Assembly (NCBI RefSeq): GCF_006345805.1 | Contig: NC_043013.1 | Coordinates: 27,342,001 to 27,406,000 of the forward strand | DNA: 64,000 nucleotides | Direction of reading: 5' to 3' | From: Octopus sinensis | Taxonomy: Eukaryota | Part shown: positions 25,603-37,613 of the stretch, in pieces | Position numbering within the stretch: position 1 is the first letter of the stretch | Layout of the letters: each line of letters starts with the position of its first letter | Position numbers and translations under genes: made by a program | The notes under the pieces: model-generated | The model's database searches: none | Told to the model about the DNA's origin: nothing | Seen by the model: the letters and a program-made list of their open reading frames with translations, nothing else

Positions 25603-26219
25603 AGTTTTTTTCATATGGTAAGAAGTTTGCTTCCCAACCACATGGTTCTGGGTTCAGTCCCACTGCATGGAACCTTGAGCAAGTGTCTTCTGCAATAGCC
25701 TCAGGCCTACCAAAGCCTTGTGGGTCCAACCACTTGCCATGATTGACCGCTAAATCCACAAGTTTCTTTTATTCTCTCTCTGTTAATTTCCTCATGTTCC
25801 TCTCCGTTGAAGAGCATAGGCTTGAAATGCAAAAGACTTTCACACCTTCCTGAACATCAAACTAATACACCTGCTTGTTGTTTATACATCGGTCTTTGCT
25901 TTTGTTTTTCTGTAAGTTTAAACTATATATATATATACATCACTTGAATAAAGTTAAAACATGGTCCGGTTTTTACATTTGTTATGGTATTTTAACATTA
26001 AAAAGATATTTTATAATGCTCATAAAGTAAAATTAGCGCTTTCATACATAGAGTAATCATCAGATTTCAAATGTGTTTAACTGACAGTTGAGTTCCTGAC
26101 AATTTTAGTACCTCTTAGAACACTCCAACATGCTGAATTTTTAGAATATGGTTTTGACCAATCCACTTGCATCTCAAACATCATGGTTTGCCAGACGTAC
26201 CTATATGCTGTAATTTGTA

Positions 26220-26480
26220 TTGAAATATGTAGATGACATCAAGCTGTACCTTGAAATCAAGAGGACTGATCCTGATGTCTACAACTCTTTCCTGCAATCA
26301 GACCTAGACACAATGCAGCAATGGATCACAGACTGGCAACTGAAACTGGCTGTGGACAAGTGTACCACCATGCATTTTGGGAGAAAAAACCCTGCGTCCA
26401 CATACTCCCTCTACAACACTGATATCACTGTCAGCATCACCTAGGCATCACTGTCAGCAGTGATTTGCGTTGGACAAAGC
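26220..26480 (+). mobile_element. CR1/L2-type LINE reverse-transcriptase fragment
   Basis: KYVDDIKLY...LQSDLDTMQQWITDWQLKLAVDKCTTMHFGRKNP matches the YADD motif and the downstream LQ.DL....W...W.L...KC motif. Confidence 0.8.
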
Positions 26481-27612
26481 ATATATATATATATCTGGCA
26501 CCTGTGCAGGTGGCACGTAAAAAGCACCCACTAGCATCCAGCTGTAGAAACACTGCCAGATCAGACTGGAGCCTAGTGCAGCCCCTGGCTTCCCAGACCC
26601 CGGTCGAACCGTCCAACCCGTGCTAGCGCGGAAAACGGACACTAAACGATGATGATGATGATGATGATATAGGTGTAGTTGTGTAGTAAGAAGCTTGCAT
26701 CCCAACCACTTGGTTCCAAATTCAGTCCCACTGCATGGAATCTTGGGCAAGTGTCTTCTACTATAACTTTGGGCTAATCTAAGCCTTGTGAGTGGATTTG
26801 GTAGATGGAAACTGAAAGAAGCCTGATGTCATCAATGCTAGGCCCACCTGACTGGCTCTTGTGCCGGTGGTACGTTAAAAGCACCCATTACATTCTCGGA
26901 GATGGTAACAGATAAAAATTGCCATTTAAGTATAAGATTTAATTTCAGCATGACAGCAAGCTGGCAGAACCGTTAACACACTAAGCAAGATTCCTAGCAT
27001 CATTTAATCTGTGAATTCAAATTCGGCTGAGGTCAACTTTGACTTTCATCCTTTTGTAGTCAATGAAATAAATACCAGTTGTGCACTGCGGGTGTTGATG
27101 CAATCAACTTATCCTCTCCCCCCAAATTGCTGGCCTTGTGCCAAAATTTGAAACCAATATTTAACTTCAGAGCAAATAAACCAAACCTATTGAATAGGCA
27201 TTTTTGTTGTCATGGTGGTGGTGACATTGGCGTGAATTGTGACAGTGACAGCAGGATTGTGATGGTGGTGGTGGTGGTTGCAGTGCCACTGCTGCCGTTA
27301 TTGTTGAGGCTGAAAGGTCACAGTGGGATTTCACTATTAACCGTTCTGTGGCACAGAAAGATCCAGATTTGATTCTGCAGTAATTTCTGATAGAATGATA
27401 GAGCCAGCGTTGCAGATGTGATAACATTAAATTAGGAATGCTAACATCATACCAGATTGCAGATCTATTCGACCCATATAGTAAAGTGATGATAATTTTG
27501 TTACATTAGTCATCAGCCACTTTCCTTTGTGCTCTGATTTCTAGGTGAAAGCATATAAAACATTATTATTTGTCTAAAGGATAAGACAGAGAGCTGGCAG
27601 AAACTATCAGAG

Positions 27613-27759
27613 CAGTGGTTCCCAACTTTTCCACTACCGAGGGCCCATTTTATTTAAATGAGTTTTCCCACAGACTCCAGGATATTGAAAGGTCTGTCAG
27701 TTTAACATGTTCACGGACCCCTAGTACTACCTTTGCATACCACAGGTTGGGAACCATTG
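27613..27759. mobile_element. hAT (Charlie-like) MITE inserted in the head of a SINE
   Basis: Ends CAGTGGTTCCCAAC / GTTGGGAACCATTG; 8-bp TSD tatcagag / tattagag. Confidence 0.82.
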
Positions 27760-27886
27760 TATTAGAGCATTAAACAAAATGCTTTGCAGTATTTCTTCCA
27801 ATTCATTATTTTCTGTGTTAAAATCCTGCTGAGGTAAACCTTGCTTTTCATATTTTCAGGGCCAATAAAATAAGTATTAGTTGAGC

Positions 27887-28516
27887 TCTGGAGTCAACAT
27901 CTCCCTTCCCCTAAAAATTGCTGCCCTTGTATCTGGGGTCAAAATGTCCCTTCCCCTAAAACTTGCTGTCCTTGTATCTGGAGTCAACATCTCTCTTCTC
28001 CTAAAAATTGCTGGCCTTGTATCTGGAGTCAAAATGTCCCTTCTCCTAAAACTTGTTGTCTTTGTATCTGGAGTCAACATCTCTCTTCCCCTAAAAACTG
28101 CTGGCCTTGTATCTGGGATCAACATCTCTCTTCCCCTAAAAATTCCTGGCCTTGTATCTGGGGGTTAACATCTCTCTTTCCCTAAAAATTGCTGGCTTTG
28201 TATCTGGGATCAACATGTTCCTTCCCTAAAAATTGCTGGCCTTGTATCTGGAGTCAAAATGTCCCTTCTCCTAAAACTTGTTGTCTTTGTATCTGGAGTC
28301 AACATCTCTCTTCCCCTAAAAACTGCTGGCCTTGTATCTGGGATCAACATCTCTCTTCCCCTAAAAATTCCTGGCCTTGTATCTGGGGGTTAACATCTCT
28401 CTTTCCCTAAAAATTGCTGGCTTTGTATCTGGGATCAACATGTTCCTTCCCTAAAAATTGCTGGCCTTGTATCTGGGGGTCAACATGTCTCTTTCTTTAA
28501 AAACTGCTGACCTTGT
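27887..28516 (+). repeat. 45-bp minisatellite, about 14 units, with a 225-bp higher-order duplication
   Basis: Unit ctggagtcaacatctctcttcccctaaaaattgctggccttgtat; 28021-28245 is repeated at 28246-28470. Confidence 0.92.
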
Positions 28517-29959
28517 GTCAAAATTTGAAACCAGGAATAGAACTCTTGCTAATTTCTGTGGTTCTACATCTAGATACAAACTAACTCTTAACTTAAACCA
28601 ATTTTTCTCTGAGTCAACCACTCAGTGACTTGCTCTCTCAGTTTGAGTCTTATATGTAGAGGAGATACCACTGTAGTAACAGCAAAGAAGGCAGAGAGAG
28701 AGAGAGAACAGTGTGACTGTGGCACTCGGTGTGTTTGCGAGTGACTTCATGATAATCAACTGAGTTCCTTTGTTTGGATGCAGTCTAGGATGTGTGTGTG
28801 TTTCTGTAGTAGTAGTAGAATCACTGTCCAAGATCTGAGAGCAGTTCTGTTTTGTGGGACTATCAGGGGTGCATGTAAAAGATGAAAGAAGTTGATGCAG
28901 AGAGTTGGGAATTGTGAAAGATCCAATTTCATGTTCAGGAGACATAAGTATGGGATGAGTGAGTTTGAGAACCAGAAGTGTTGTGGGCATTGAAACTACT
29001 GAAAATGATGATTTCAGAGAAGGGGAAAGTGAGAGGGATGGCTTTAATGCATGTAAAGATAAAGTCAAGGAGTTGTTGATGGGGAGAGAGACTTTAAAGC
29101 AGCAGAATCAATGTAGGCAGAGATATAACTTTTTATAAATTACTTATCTTAATTAAACCATCTACAAATCTGCTACCAATTTCTTCACTGAATCAAATAT
29201 TTGTAATATATATGGTTTGGTCAAGTTGCTGATAGAAATATTTCCTCAGTAGCTCATCATGCTCAGCCATTTTAATGTAATACTCTAAGCTTCTTCTCCT
29301 CCTACTACTACTCAGTTACTGCAAAACCTGAAACATTAGCCATCTAAAACAATCTGTCACCAACTTATCACATATCTTGTCCTCGATAACTTGATACCCC
29401 CATCAACTGGGGAAGTTATTAGTAGTAATCATGACAGACAGCCTGTCTTTTTATAAGTATTTATAGACCTGGTAGAGACTGTTCCTCTTCGGGTTTAATC
29501 ATCGTCAATTTCTTCCAGAGAGAAAGAGTCAACCCCACTGGAGGATTGGTTCTTTATCAACCTTGAGAAAGGCCAAGTTGAAAGTTGACCATTGTGCAGA
29601 CTCAAAATGAATCTCAAGAGTGCAGAGACCCAGACTTCTGACTCTTTTGGCAGGATTTTTACAGCTGGCTGCCCTTCCTAACACCAACCATTCAGCAGAG
29701 TGGGCTTAGTGCTTTTTACATGACAGAAGCACAGGTGAGGTCAATTTTGACATGGTTTTTACAGCTGGATGCTTTTCCAAACACTTTACAGTGTGGACTG
29801 AGTGCTTGTAAGTGGCACCTGCACTAACAGGGTCACCAAGTACTTGTAAGGCAGAAAAAAAAACTCTTTAGAGAGGGGAAGGGGCTTGGGAGGAGATGAT
29901 CTTGTGTCATAGTGAGGCAGAGAGACAGAAACAGGTGTCTTGCTGTAAGTTTGAGAGTT

Positions 29960-30400
29960 AATTATATTTGTCAAGGACACAATACCTACCCAACAATAAT
30001 GACAGGATATGAGCAGTTCAACATTTTGGTCAATTAGCCATTTCGACAGTTTGCTTAGCTGCAATTCTCATGATGTTTGTAAGTCATCACGAGGGGTAAT
30101 ATTCCAAGGTCCACTGGTCTATGGAAAGCATCTCTAGCATTAAGCAGTGGAGGAAAATATCAGCTGAAATAGGAAAGACATCAGTTTCTGATAAGTAACT
30201 TTCTGATAATAGGAGTTGAAGTCATCAGTGTAAAACAAGAGATCATTTGTTTAACAGTAAAACCAGTGCTTAAAGTGTTGAGACCCAACCAGCTTCTAAT
30301 AGTCTATTAGATGTGGATTTGGTTGTTAGGAGTTGCATCTTTGATTCTGTACAATGCAAATGACGTCTCAGCTGGTTGCTCATATTACTACTGGTTTCAA
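29960..30400 (-). mobile_element. Possible highly decayed LINE endonuclease remnant
   Basis: Minus-strand gatgacttcaac (GDFN-like) and composition similar to LINE ORF2; heavily interrupted. Confidence 0.3.
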
Positions 30401-31014
30401 AATTCACACTTTATTTCTAAATAAGGCATGGCTGCATGGTAGGAAGCTTGCTTCCCAACTGTGTGTTCTTAGGTTCAGTCCCACTGCATGGCATCTTGGG
30501 CAAACGTCTTCCACTACAACCTCTGGCCAACCAGTCTTGGGAGTGGATTTGGTAGATGGAAACTGAAAGAAGCTTGTTTTATATGTGTGCACAAGTGACC
30601 TCCATATTACTGCTTGACAACTGGCAGGGTTGGTTTGTTTATATCTCCTAAGGTAATAGTTCAGAACAAAAAGAAAAAAGAGAGAGAGAGAGAGAGGTTG
30701 ATAGAATAAGTCTTGGCATTATTTTGCTAGACTAAACCCTTGAAGACAGTGTCCCATTACAGCTATAGTCTGATGACTGAAACATAAAAAATACCCACTT
30801 CATGATGGAAGGCCATAGTATCAGCCTTTTGGGGAACCAGCTGTCCTTTGAACCTTTTGATGAAATATCAAAAACAGATATAAAACAAAATACATTATGA
30901 GTCTCAGTCTATTACATACAAACACACAAACTGGATCAAAGTTATTGAATTTAGTTATTATTTGATAGACTCACACTATATTACAAAATAAAAACATGAG
31001 GAATATGAATTATT

Positions 31015-31646
31015 TTTATTGTCTGAAGTGCTACAGCAGACATTTCAGCTATGATAAAATGTTTTTGCTGTCAATGGAATAATGGACCTAGCTCCCAGCA
31101 TAGGTAGAGAGAAAATATCCAGAAATTGCTGTCAAAAGAACTGGAACACATCAATAACAGAAACAATATATATATATATAATATATACATCATATATACA
31201 TACACACACATGCATGTATGTGTATAAATAATATGTACAGAGAATTTTCAGCATAAGAAAATCAATATTTCTTGGAGATAAAATTTACCAAATTTATTTT
31301 TAAAATATGATTTGGAATAAGAAATCATTTTAAAAATCATTATGGCAACAATTATTAGAAATTGTGTGTGTGTTTTTAATTTAATTTAATTTTTTCCTTC
31401 TTTTCTCAGTAAGAATTTCACATAAAAACAGAAATTATTTGAAGATGGAGGAAAGTCACCAAAAAAAAAAAAAAAAAAAATCACAGATATCCGGAAGGTG
31501 AATTTTTTCTTTTCTTTTTTTCATATCCTAAAAGATCTAATTTAGGGACAGAATCCTATTCCAAAGTTTTCAAGAATGTCATTCAAATAAAATGAACAGT
31601 ATGTGTATTTATATAATGATAAAAGTCCATTGATTATTTTAAAATG

Positions 31647-31677
<31 letters not shown>

Positions 31678-34600
31678 AAAAAAATTTGCTTCCTGAGTAC
31701 ATTTCTCAACTTTGGTTTTATTTACTTTAAAGTCTTTTCTTTTTTAATATGTGATAAGTTTATAGAACTTCAAAAGCAAAGCAAGTGAAGAAATTGCATT
31801 TTTTTTTTTTACGATTTTCATCTAAGTGATATTTGCATATAGTTTCGGTGTTGTGTAGTTACCTCCCTTTAGCCATTTACACTTTTCAGTTTGATTATTC
31901 TCCTGAAAATGTCAAGATTATCCAAGCCACATATTTTCTTAAAATATTATTAGCCTTAAAATGAAGGTATCAATAACCCACATCATTTAATTCTCACTAA
32001 TTATATTACAGAAAAAAAGAAAAAAAAAAAAAGATTTCATTTAGTGTTTCTATTTTTCAACTACATTTTTTTCTTTATATATATATATATAAGAAAATAT
32101 ATAACACGTAATTTTTGAACACATGGTGTGTGGAAATACAAGCTGGGGATTTTAAACAACTAAATATAATATGCTCTGAATTACTTCAGTCAATGAGTTC
32201 CGGTTTCAATATCTAAAAACTAAATCACCATACCATTAAAATCCTGACACTAGAATATGGAAGAGAACAAAAAAACTGAAGAGGAAATTTCAACTTTGTA
32301 ATATCAACAATAAATAATTAAATTACTGATGTTAAAGTAAACTCACTGATCAATTAACAAAGCAATCCATTTATGGCGAAATATTCATAATTCAAAGCTA
32401 ACCACATAAACTGCAAGATTTAAACTGGAGTAGAATAACTCCAAATTTGTATATTAAGTGCTAGATAACTTGGTTGTTTATTTATAAATCATTAGAGAGG
32501 CTATTGTATAATAATATACACACACATACATGAACATTGTGTGTGTGTGTGTTATTTTGGTTGAATGAGTCTCTTATTCCTGAGTTCTGTCTGGATGCAC
32601 AGAGCCTTCAGGCAAATTATGACAGAACACTGTGTACCAACAAGGAAAGCTCAAATTAACAGGACACTTGATATGACCAAAATAAAATACATTAATCTCT
32701 ACCATGGTACTGAATACTCTTTTTTTTTTCTCCAACACTTAACACTAAACAGATACATGTATCACACATCCACACATTATATATAATACATACATACATT
32801 CATACTTATTCTTATACACTCACACATGTTAAGTGAAGTTATTTCTCAGGAGTAGGTCCAGGACCAGTTTTATTTTTCCATATCAATAATTAGAAAAACA
32901 AGTGATGTCTTATTGCTCATTGTTAGCATTATGCTGTTGAAATTGAAATTTAGCAATGAGAATAATACTAATTTCCAGATGTTTTAGAAAATATTAAATT
33001 CAAAATTTGACCATGTCAATTTACATTTAAGCTATTGCAGCAACTAACATTTACAAAAATAGAAATTTGGAATTTTTACAAATATATGTTCAGTGAAAAT
33101 TTGCTAATTTTAATAACTGCCACTCCTTACCCTTACAAATCCTTACAAATCCTCAATTATTACAAGGCAGTTCAAATATTTTCTTTTACTTTTTACTTGT
33201 TTCAGTTTGTGGCCACACTGAGGCACCACCTTGAAGGGTTTTAGTTGAACAAATTAACCCTGGGACATATATTTTTGTAAAGCCTGGTACTTATACTATC
33301 AGCCTCTATTGCCAAACTGCTAAATTATGGGGACGTAAATACACCAACACCAGTTGCTAAACGGTGGTGAGGGACAAACAAAGACACATGATGGACTTCT
33401 TTCAGTTTCCAACTACCAAATCCATTCACAAGGCTTTAGTCAGCCAGAGGCTACAGTAGAAGACACTTTCCCAATGTGCTATGCAGTGGGACTGAACTCA
33501 GAACCATGTGATTGGAAAGCAAGCTTCTTACAACATAGCCACACCTGCGCCTAATATTGTACACATGGTCAATGTAATGTCTAAGCATTATACATCTGAA
33601 TCAAGTAGAATAAAAATAAAAAAATAAAAGAATTGTATAAAATGTTCTTCATTAGCAACGGAACTATAACTGAACGTCTACAATTAGGATGATGATGAGA
33701 AAGCGATCAAATTTTCATCAATTGATTTCTATTATCAATGTAATTAGGATTATAGCTTATCCTAGAAATTAATTTAAAGGTTTATATTTCAACATTTCGG
33801 CCAGTTCTATTTAATTAAAACTATTGAAATGAAATCAATCAAACTGGCACAGATTTCAGAATGAATCAATGACAATTATGTGATAAACTATAGATTTAAC
33901 ACATCACGAAATCAACAAACATTATTTTTTAGAAATAGCTGCAACAAAATGTATAAATAAATAAAATATCGGTATGTATATGCTTGGATATAAAAAATAA
34001 TATCAATTATAATCAATTTTATTTAATAAAAACAAAGTCATTTTGCAGTAAGAAAAAGTATTAACATTTTTTTCTAGTCTATATTTGATGAATACAATAT
34101 GAAATATTTACATGAAAGTATAAAGAAAATGGTGAAATTTAAAGATGATCATTCTTCATCATAAAGTTCTTATACATTTGCTGAAGGAATAAAGACAGAA
34201 GCAGTGTATTAAACTCGAAACTTCTATGAGAATTTGCATATCAATTAAAACTTGAATAATTTATTTGGCAACAAGCAGTTGCCCACAGTTTATCAAACTG
34301 AGATCAGTTCTAATAACAATATGATGATGAAGAAAATGTAGATTCTTTGTACAAAGCTAAGCAGGAGATCCATAACTCCTCCTAATGACTCAGGGAAAAT
34401 AAAGGAAAAAAAAAAAAAAAAAGAATTTAAAAATTCATTATTATGTGAAATAAATATCTAAGACTGATGTGAAATCTTGAAGAAAAGTTACTCTTTTCTC
34501 TCTTTTAATATCACCAAAATGGTACTAAGTTCTTTTGAAATTCATTTTCTTTTTTTAAGAGATGACAATTCTAAATATATAACCTCCCTTTAATTCATAA

Positions 34601-35891
34601 ACCCCAATTTTGGGAGGTAGTTTAACAGGGTTTAAAAAATTCTTTTTTTTTAATTAAAAATCAGAAATTAAAAACTTTTTTTAAAGTATCTATTATCTTT
34701 TACCTCCTTCAGTCATTGGACTGTGGCCAAGCTGGGGCACCACTTTGAAATTAAACGAGAATTTAGCAGAGCGTAGTATGATAAAACAATTAGAAATTTA
34801 TGATTCTAAGACATTAAAAGTATATTCTGAGTCAGAAGCTTTGTTAATGGCTAGCAAGCTTGGTCTAATATCAGCCCAAAAAATATATATTTGAAGTAAA
34901 GTTTGTCAATATAGTTAGAAAAACATAGGTTTTCTCACAAGAGAAACTGTTCAATATTGATCATACTGTACTATTTGCAAAAATGTCTCTTCTTCCAAGC
35001 ACTGATAATACAACAATGTGTCAATCATTATTTCCTGATTTTGTTCCAATGTAAGAATTGTAAACTGACCTCAATAATCCCCATCTTCCTATTTCAATAG
35101 AAAAACTAACTTTGTCAATTCAATGTGTGATAATTACTTTTTAACCCAGGAAACCAAAGCATGCATATATATATATATATATATATTTATATATTTATAT
35201 ATAATGCAATAAGCATGTATGTTAGATGTTGTTACAGTGACTACCGTTATATTGTTTATTGTTGACATTTTTGATTTCTTTCATGATAATAATACAAAGA
35301 AATTGAAGTCAGAACTATCAACAATCAGCAAATAACAGAAAATGAAACCTAGATTGTTAATATTTAATTCTTCTCTTTTCTCATTCATTTGTTTTAAATA
35401 TCAATTATTTCATATCTTATTAATTTTTTGTTTCCCAACCAACACTATTATAGAAGGATTGGTGTGTTTTATTTAAAAAAAAAAATGGGTGGTTTGCTTT
35501 TAGTTTGTTTTTTCAATGTGTCTTAATTGTATAAAATATCTAAAAACAGCCTTACAAAAACATAACAGTGAGCTGCATTTCTTGGAAGTTTAAAAAAATA
35601 TAAATAAATAAATAAAAAAAACGATTTTTCAATTAAGTGAGCAAAATCTTGTCTGAAATGCTCAGAATCCCCGTTCCAAATTTTCTTGTGTAGAAAGGCA
35701 CAAAGCCTTAAATTTATTTATAAAACCAACGAAACAGGAATGGTATTCATTCCTTTCTCAAGGACTGAGTGACGCAAAGAGAAGCAGAACAGCTACAGCC
35801 AGGATTCAAAAGTGAGTCGTGGGAGCATATTTCTATGGTATTTGTCAGCATTTCAGAAATATTGCCAATATAATGTCCAAATCTATATATT
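31015..35891 (-). other. Putative long AU-rich 3' UTR of the zinc-finger gene
   Basis: Relatively repeat-poor and very AT-rich, with many poly(U) tracts in the transcript sense. A candidate AATAAA lies at 31015-31020. Confidence 0.35.
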
Positions 35892-35948
35892 TTAACCAGA
35901 GGCAACTGCAGTTGCTGGTTCCAAACCTGGAGACTGGCGTGTAAAAGC
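35892..35948 (-). CDS. Probable terminal coding exon of the zinc-finger gene (AFTRQSPGLEPATAVASG*)
   Basis: Pyrimidine-rich acceptor cttccttaatttcag, phase 0 matching the 46740 donor. It is a GC-richer island followed by about 5 kb of U-rich UTR-like sequence. No transcript evidence. Confidence 0.5.
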   Translation of the reverse strand, partial: AFTRQSPGLEPATAVASG

Positions 35949-36864
35949 CTGAAATTAAGGAAGAAATAGGAATAATCAATAAACTAGTTCCTGAAAAATA
36001 CATAACATTTTTGAAAGAGGGGAAAAAAAAAGAAGACATATATCAAAGTTTACAGTTCCTTCCACAAGAATATATCAACCAATAACATTGTTCAATTAAT
36101 TCTCACAACCATTGTGAAAGTACACCACCACCATCATCATCATCATCATCATCATTTTAAGGCCTATTTTTGCATGCTTCCATGGGGTCAAATGGAATTT
36201 GTTGAGGCAGATTTCCTATGGCTGGATGCCCTTCCTGTTACCAACCCTCACCTGTTTCCAAGTAAAGTAACCACTGTAAAAGCAAAAAAAAAAAAAAAAA
36301 AACAGTGGATCCAGCCATTGGCTTACTCAATTCACCAAACTATCAGGAATGTAATGTGATAGAAGACTAGTCAGTGTCTTTTCCAGAAGATTATCTTTCA
36401 ACCCCATAAGACTATGCAGTCAGAACAAACAAAGCACTGTCTTTAAGGAGCCTAATGGACTATTTAGCAGTATTGTTCTTTTACATATGACTAAGATCTT
36501 CAAAAAAAGAAGGAAATGAATTTTGTGGTGGTCAAACATTTTCTGTAGACATCAAGAATATAAAATATTGTTGATTAGTTCTAAGCCAACACATTGGAAT
36601 GGTTAACAGTTGGAAAGTGGTTACCACCGCACTTGTTTTGAGGCCATGTAGGACTACATTATCTGAAGTGTCTTTTCCTTAAGATGGCCAGGATACAATA
36701 TAAAGGAGATTTTGTTACTATTTCTAGCATAATTAGTGGCCATCTTAGAATAGTGGTTCCCAACCATCTTTTACCTATGGATCCCTTGGATTCTTATTTT
36801 ACTCTACTGAACCTTAATTCGATGTAAATAAAAAAAAAATTCCAGTGCATTTTTATGAAATATT

Positions 36865-37076
36865 CTTTTCTACTCTAGGCACAAGGCCCGAATTTTATGG
36901 GGAGGGGCCAGTCGATTAGATCAATCCAAGTATGCAACTGGTACTTAATTTATTGACCTCAAAAGGATGAAAGGCAAAGTTGACCTTGGTGGAATTTGAA
37001 CTCAGAACATAAAAACAGACGAAATACTGCTAAGTATTTTGTCTGGTGTGCTAACATTTCTGCCAGCTTGCTGCCT
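36865..37076 (-). mobile_element. tRNA-derived SINE (family C, Meta-domain-like); representative copy
   Basis: Minus strand ggcagcaagctggcagaa...gagttcaaattcc..aggtcaactttgcctttcatcctttt; flanking duplication atgaaatatt. Other approximate copies: 14861-15075(-), 22035-22190(-), 26955-27158(+), 27589-28532(+), 38010-38210(-), 54535-54930(-). The Meta-domain assignment is from recalled similarity. Confidence 0.8.
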
Positions 37077-37135
37077 TTTTATAATGAAATATTATAAGGG
37101 ATTGTCTAAGAAAATTTGTGCAAATATTTTGTGTA

Positions 37136-37613
37136 CAGTAATCCCTTGCCATATCGTGGTTCACCTATCTCGTACTGAGTATATTGTGGATTTTTCTGGC
37201 TAATATATGTAAATTTATATCACAGACTCCTCAGTATATCATGGGTTTCTGTAACCGATAATTATTTATATATATTTTAGATTTTAATTATTTCTGTTGT
37301 AAAATAAGCATTTTCATGCCTAAAAATTACATTAATAAATAAAGATAGAGTACAGTACTATACTGTATAACACATTAATTAAAATATATTAAAAGACAAT
37401 ACATAGTAAACAAAGAATTGCACATACTGCATGGAAAACGAAACTAGGGAGACGAGTGTGTGATGTTGTTTTGCATTTATAATGAAATAAATACACACAA
37501 ATTATAAAAATAATAAAAAATATATACAGTACAGTACTGTTTCTACTTTGTGGATTTTCACCTATTGCAGGAGGTTTTGGAATGCAACGCCTGCAATAGT
37601 TGAGGGATTACTG
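37136..37613. mobile_element. pogo/Tigger-like MITE
   Basis: TA|CAGTAATCCCT ... AGGGATTACTG|TA, with internal ttcacctat sub-terminal repeats. Confidence 0.75.

Noticed and set aside
25318-25759. HTYI/CMYV repeat ORFs
   Set aside because: Translations of the (ACAT)n microsatellite and an adjacent SINE.
27877-28410. Repetitive ORFs on both strands, or a CRISPR-like array
   Set aside because: These are by-products of a 45-bp tandem repeat; there are no unique spacers, and the context is eukaryotic.
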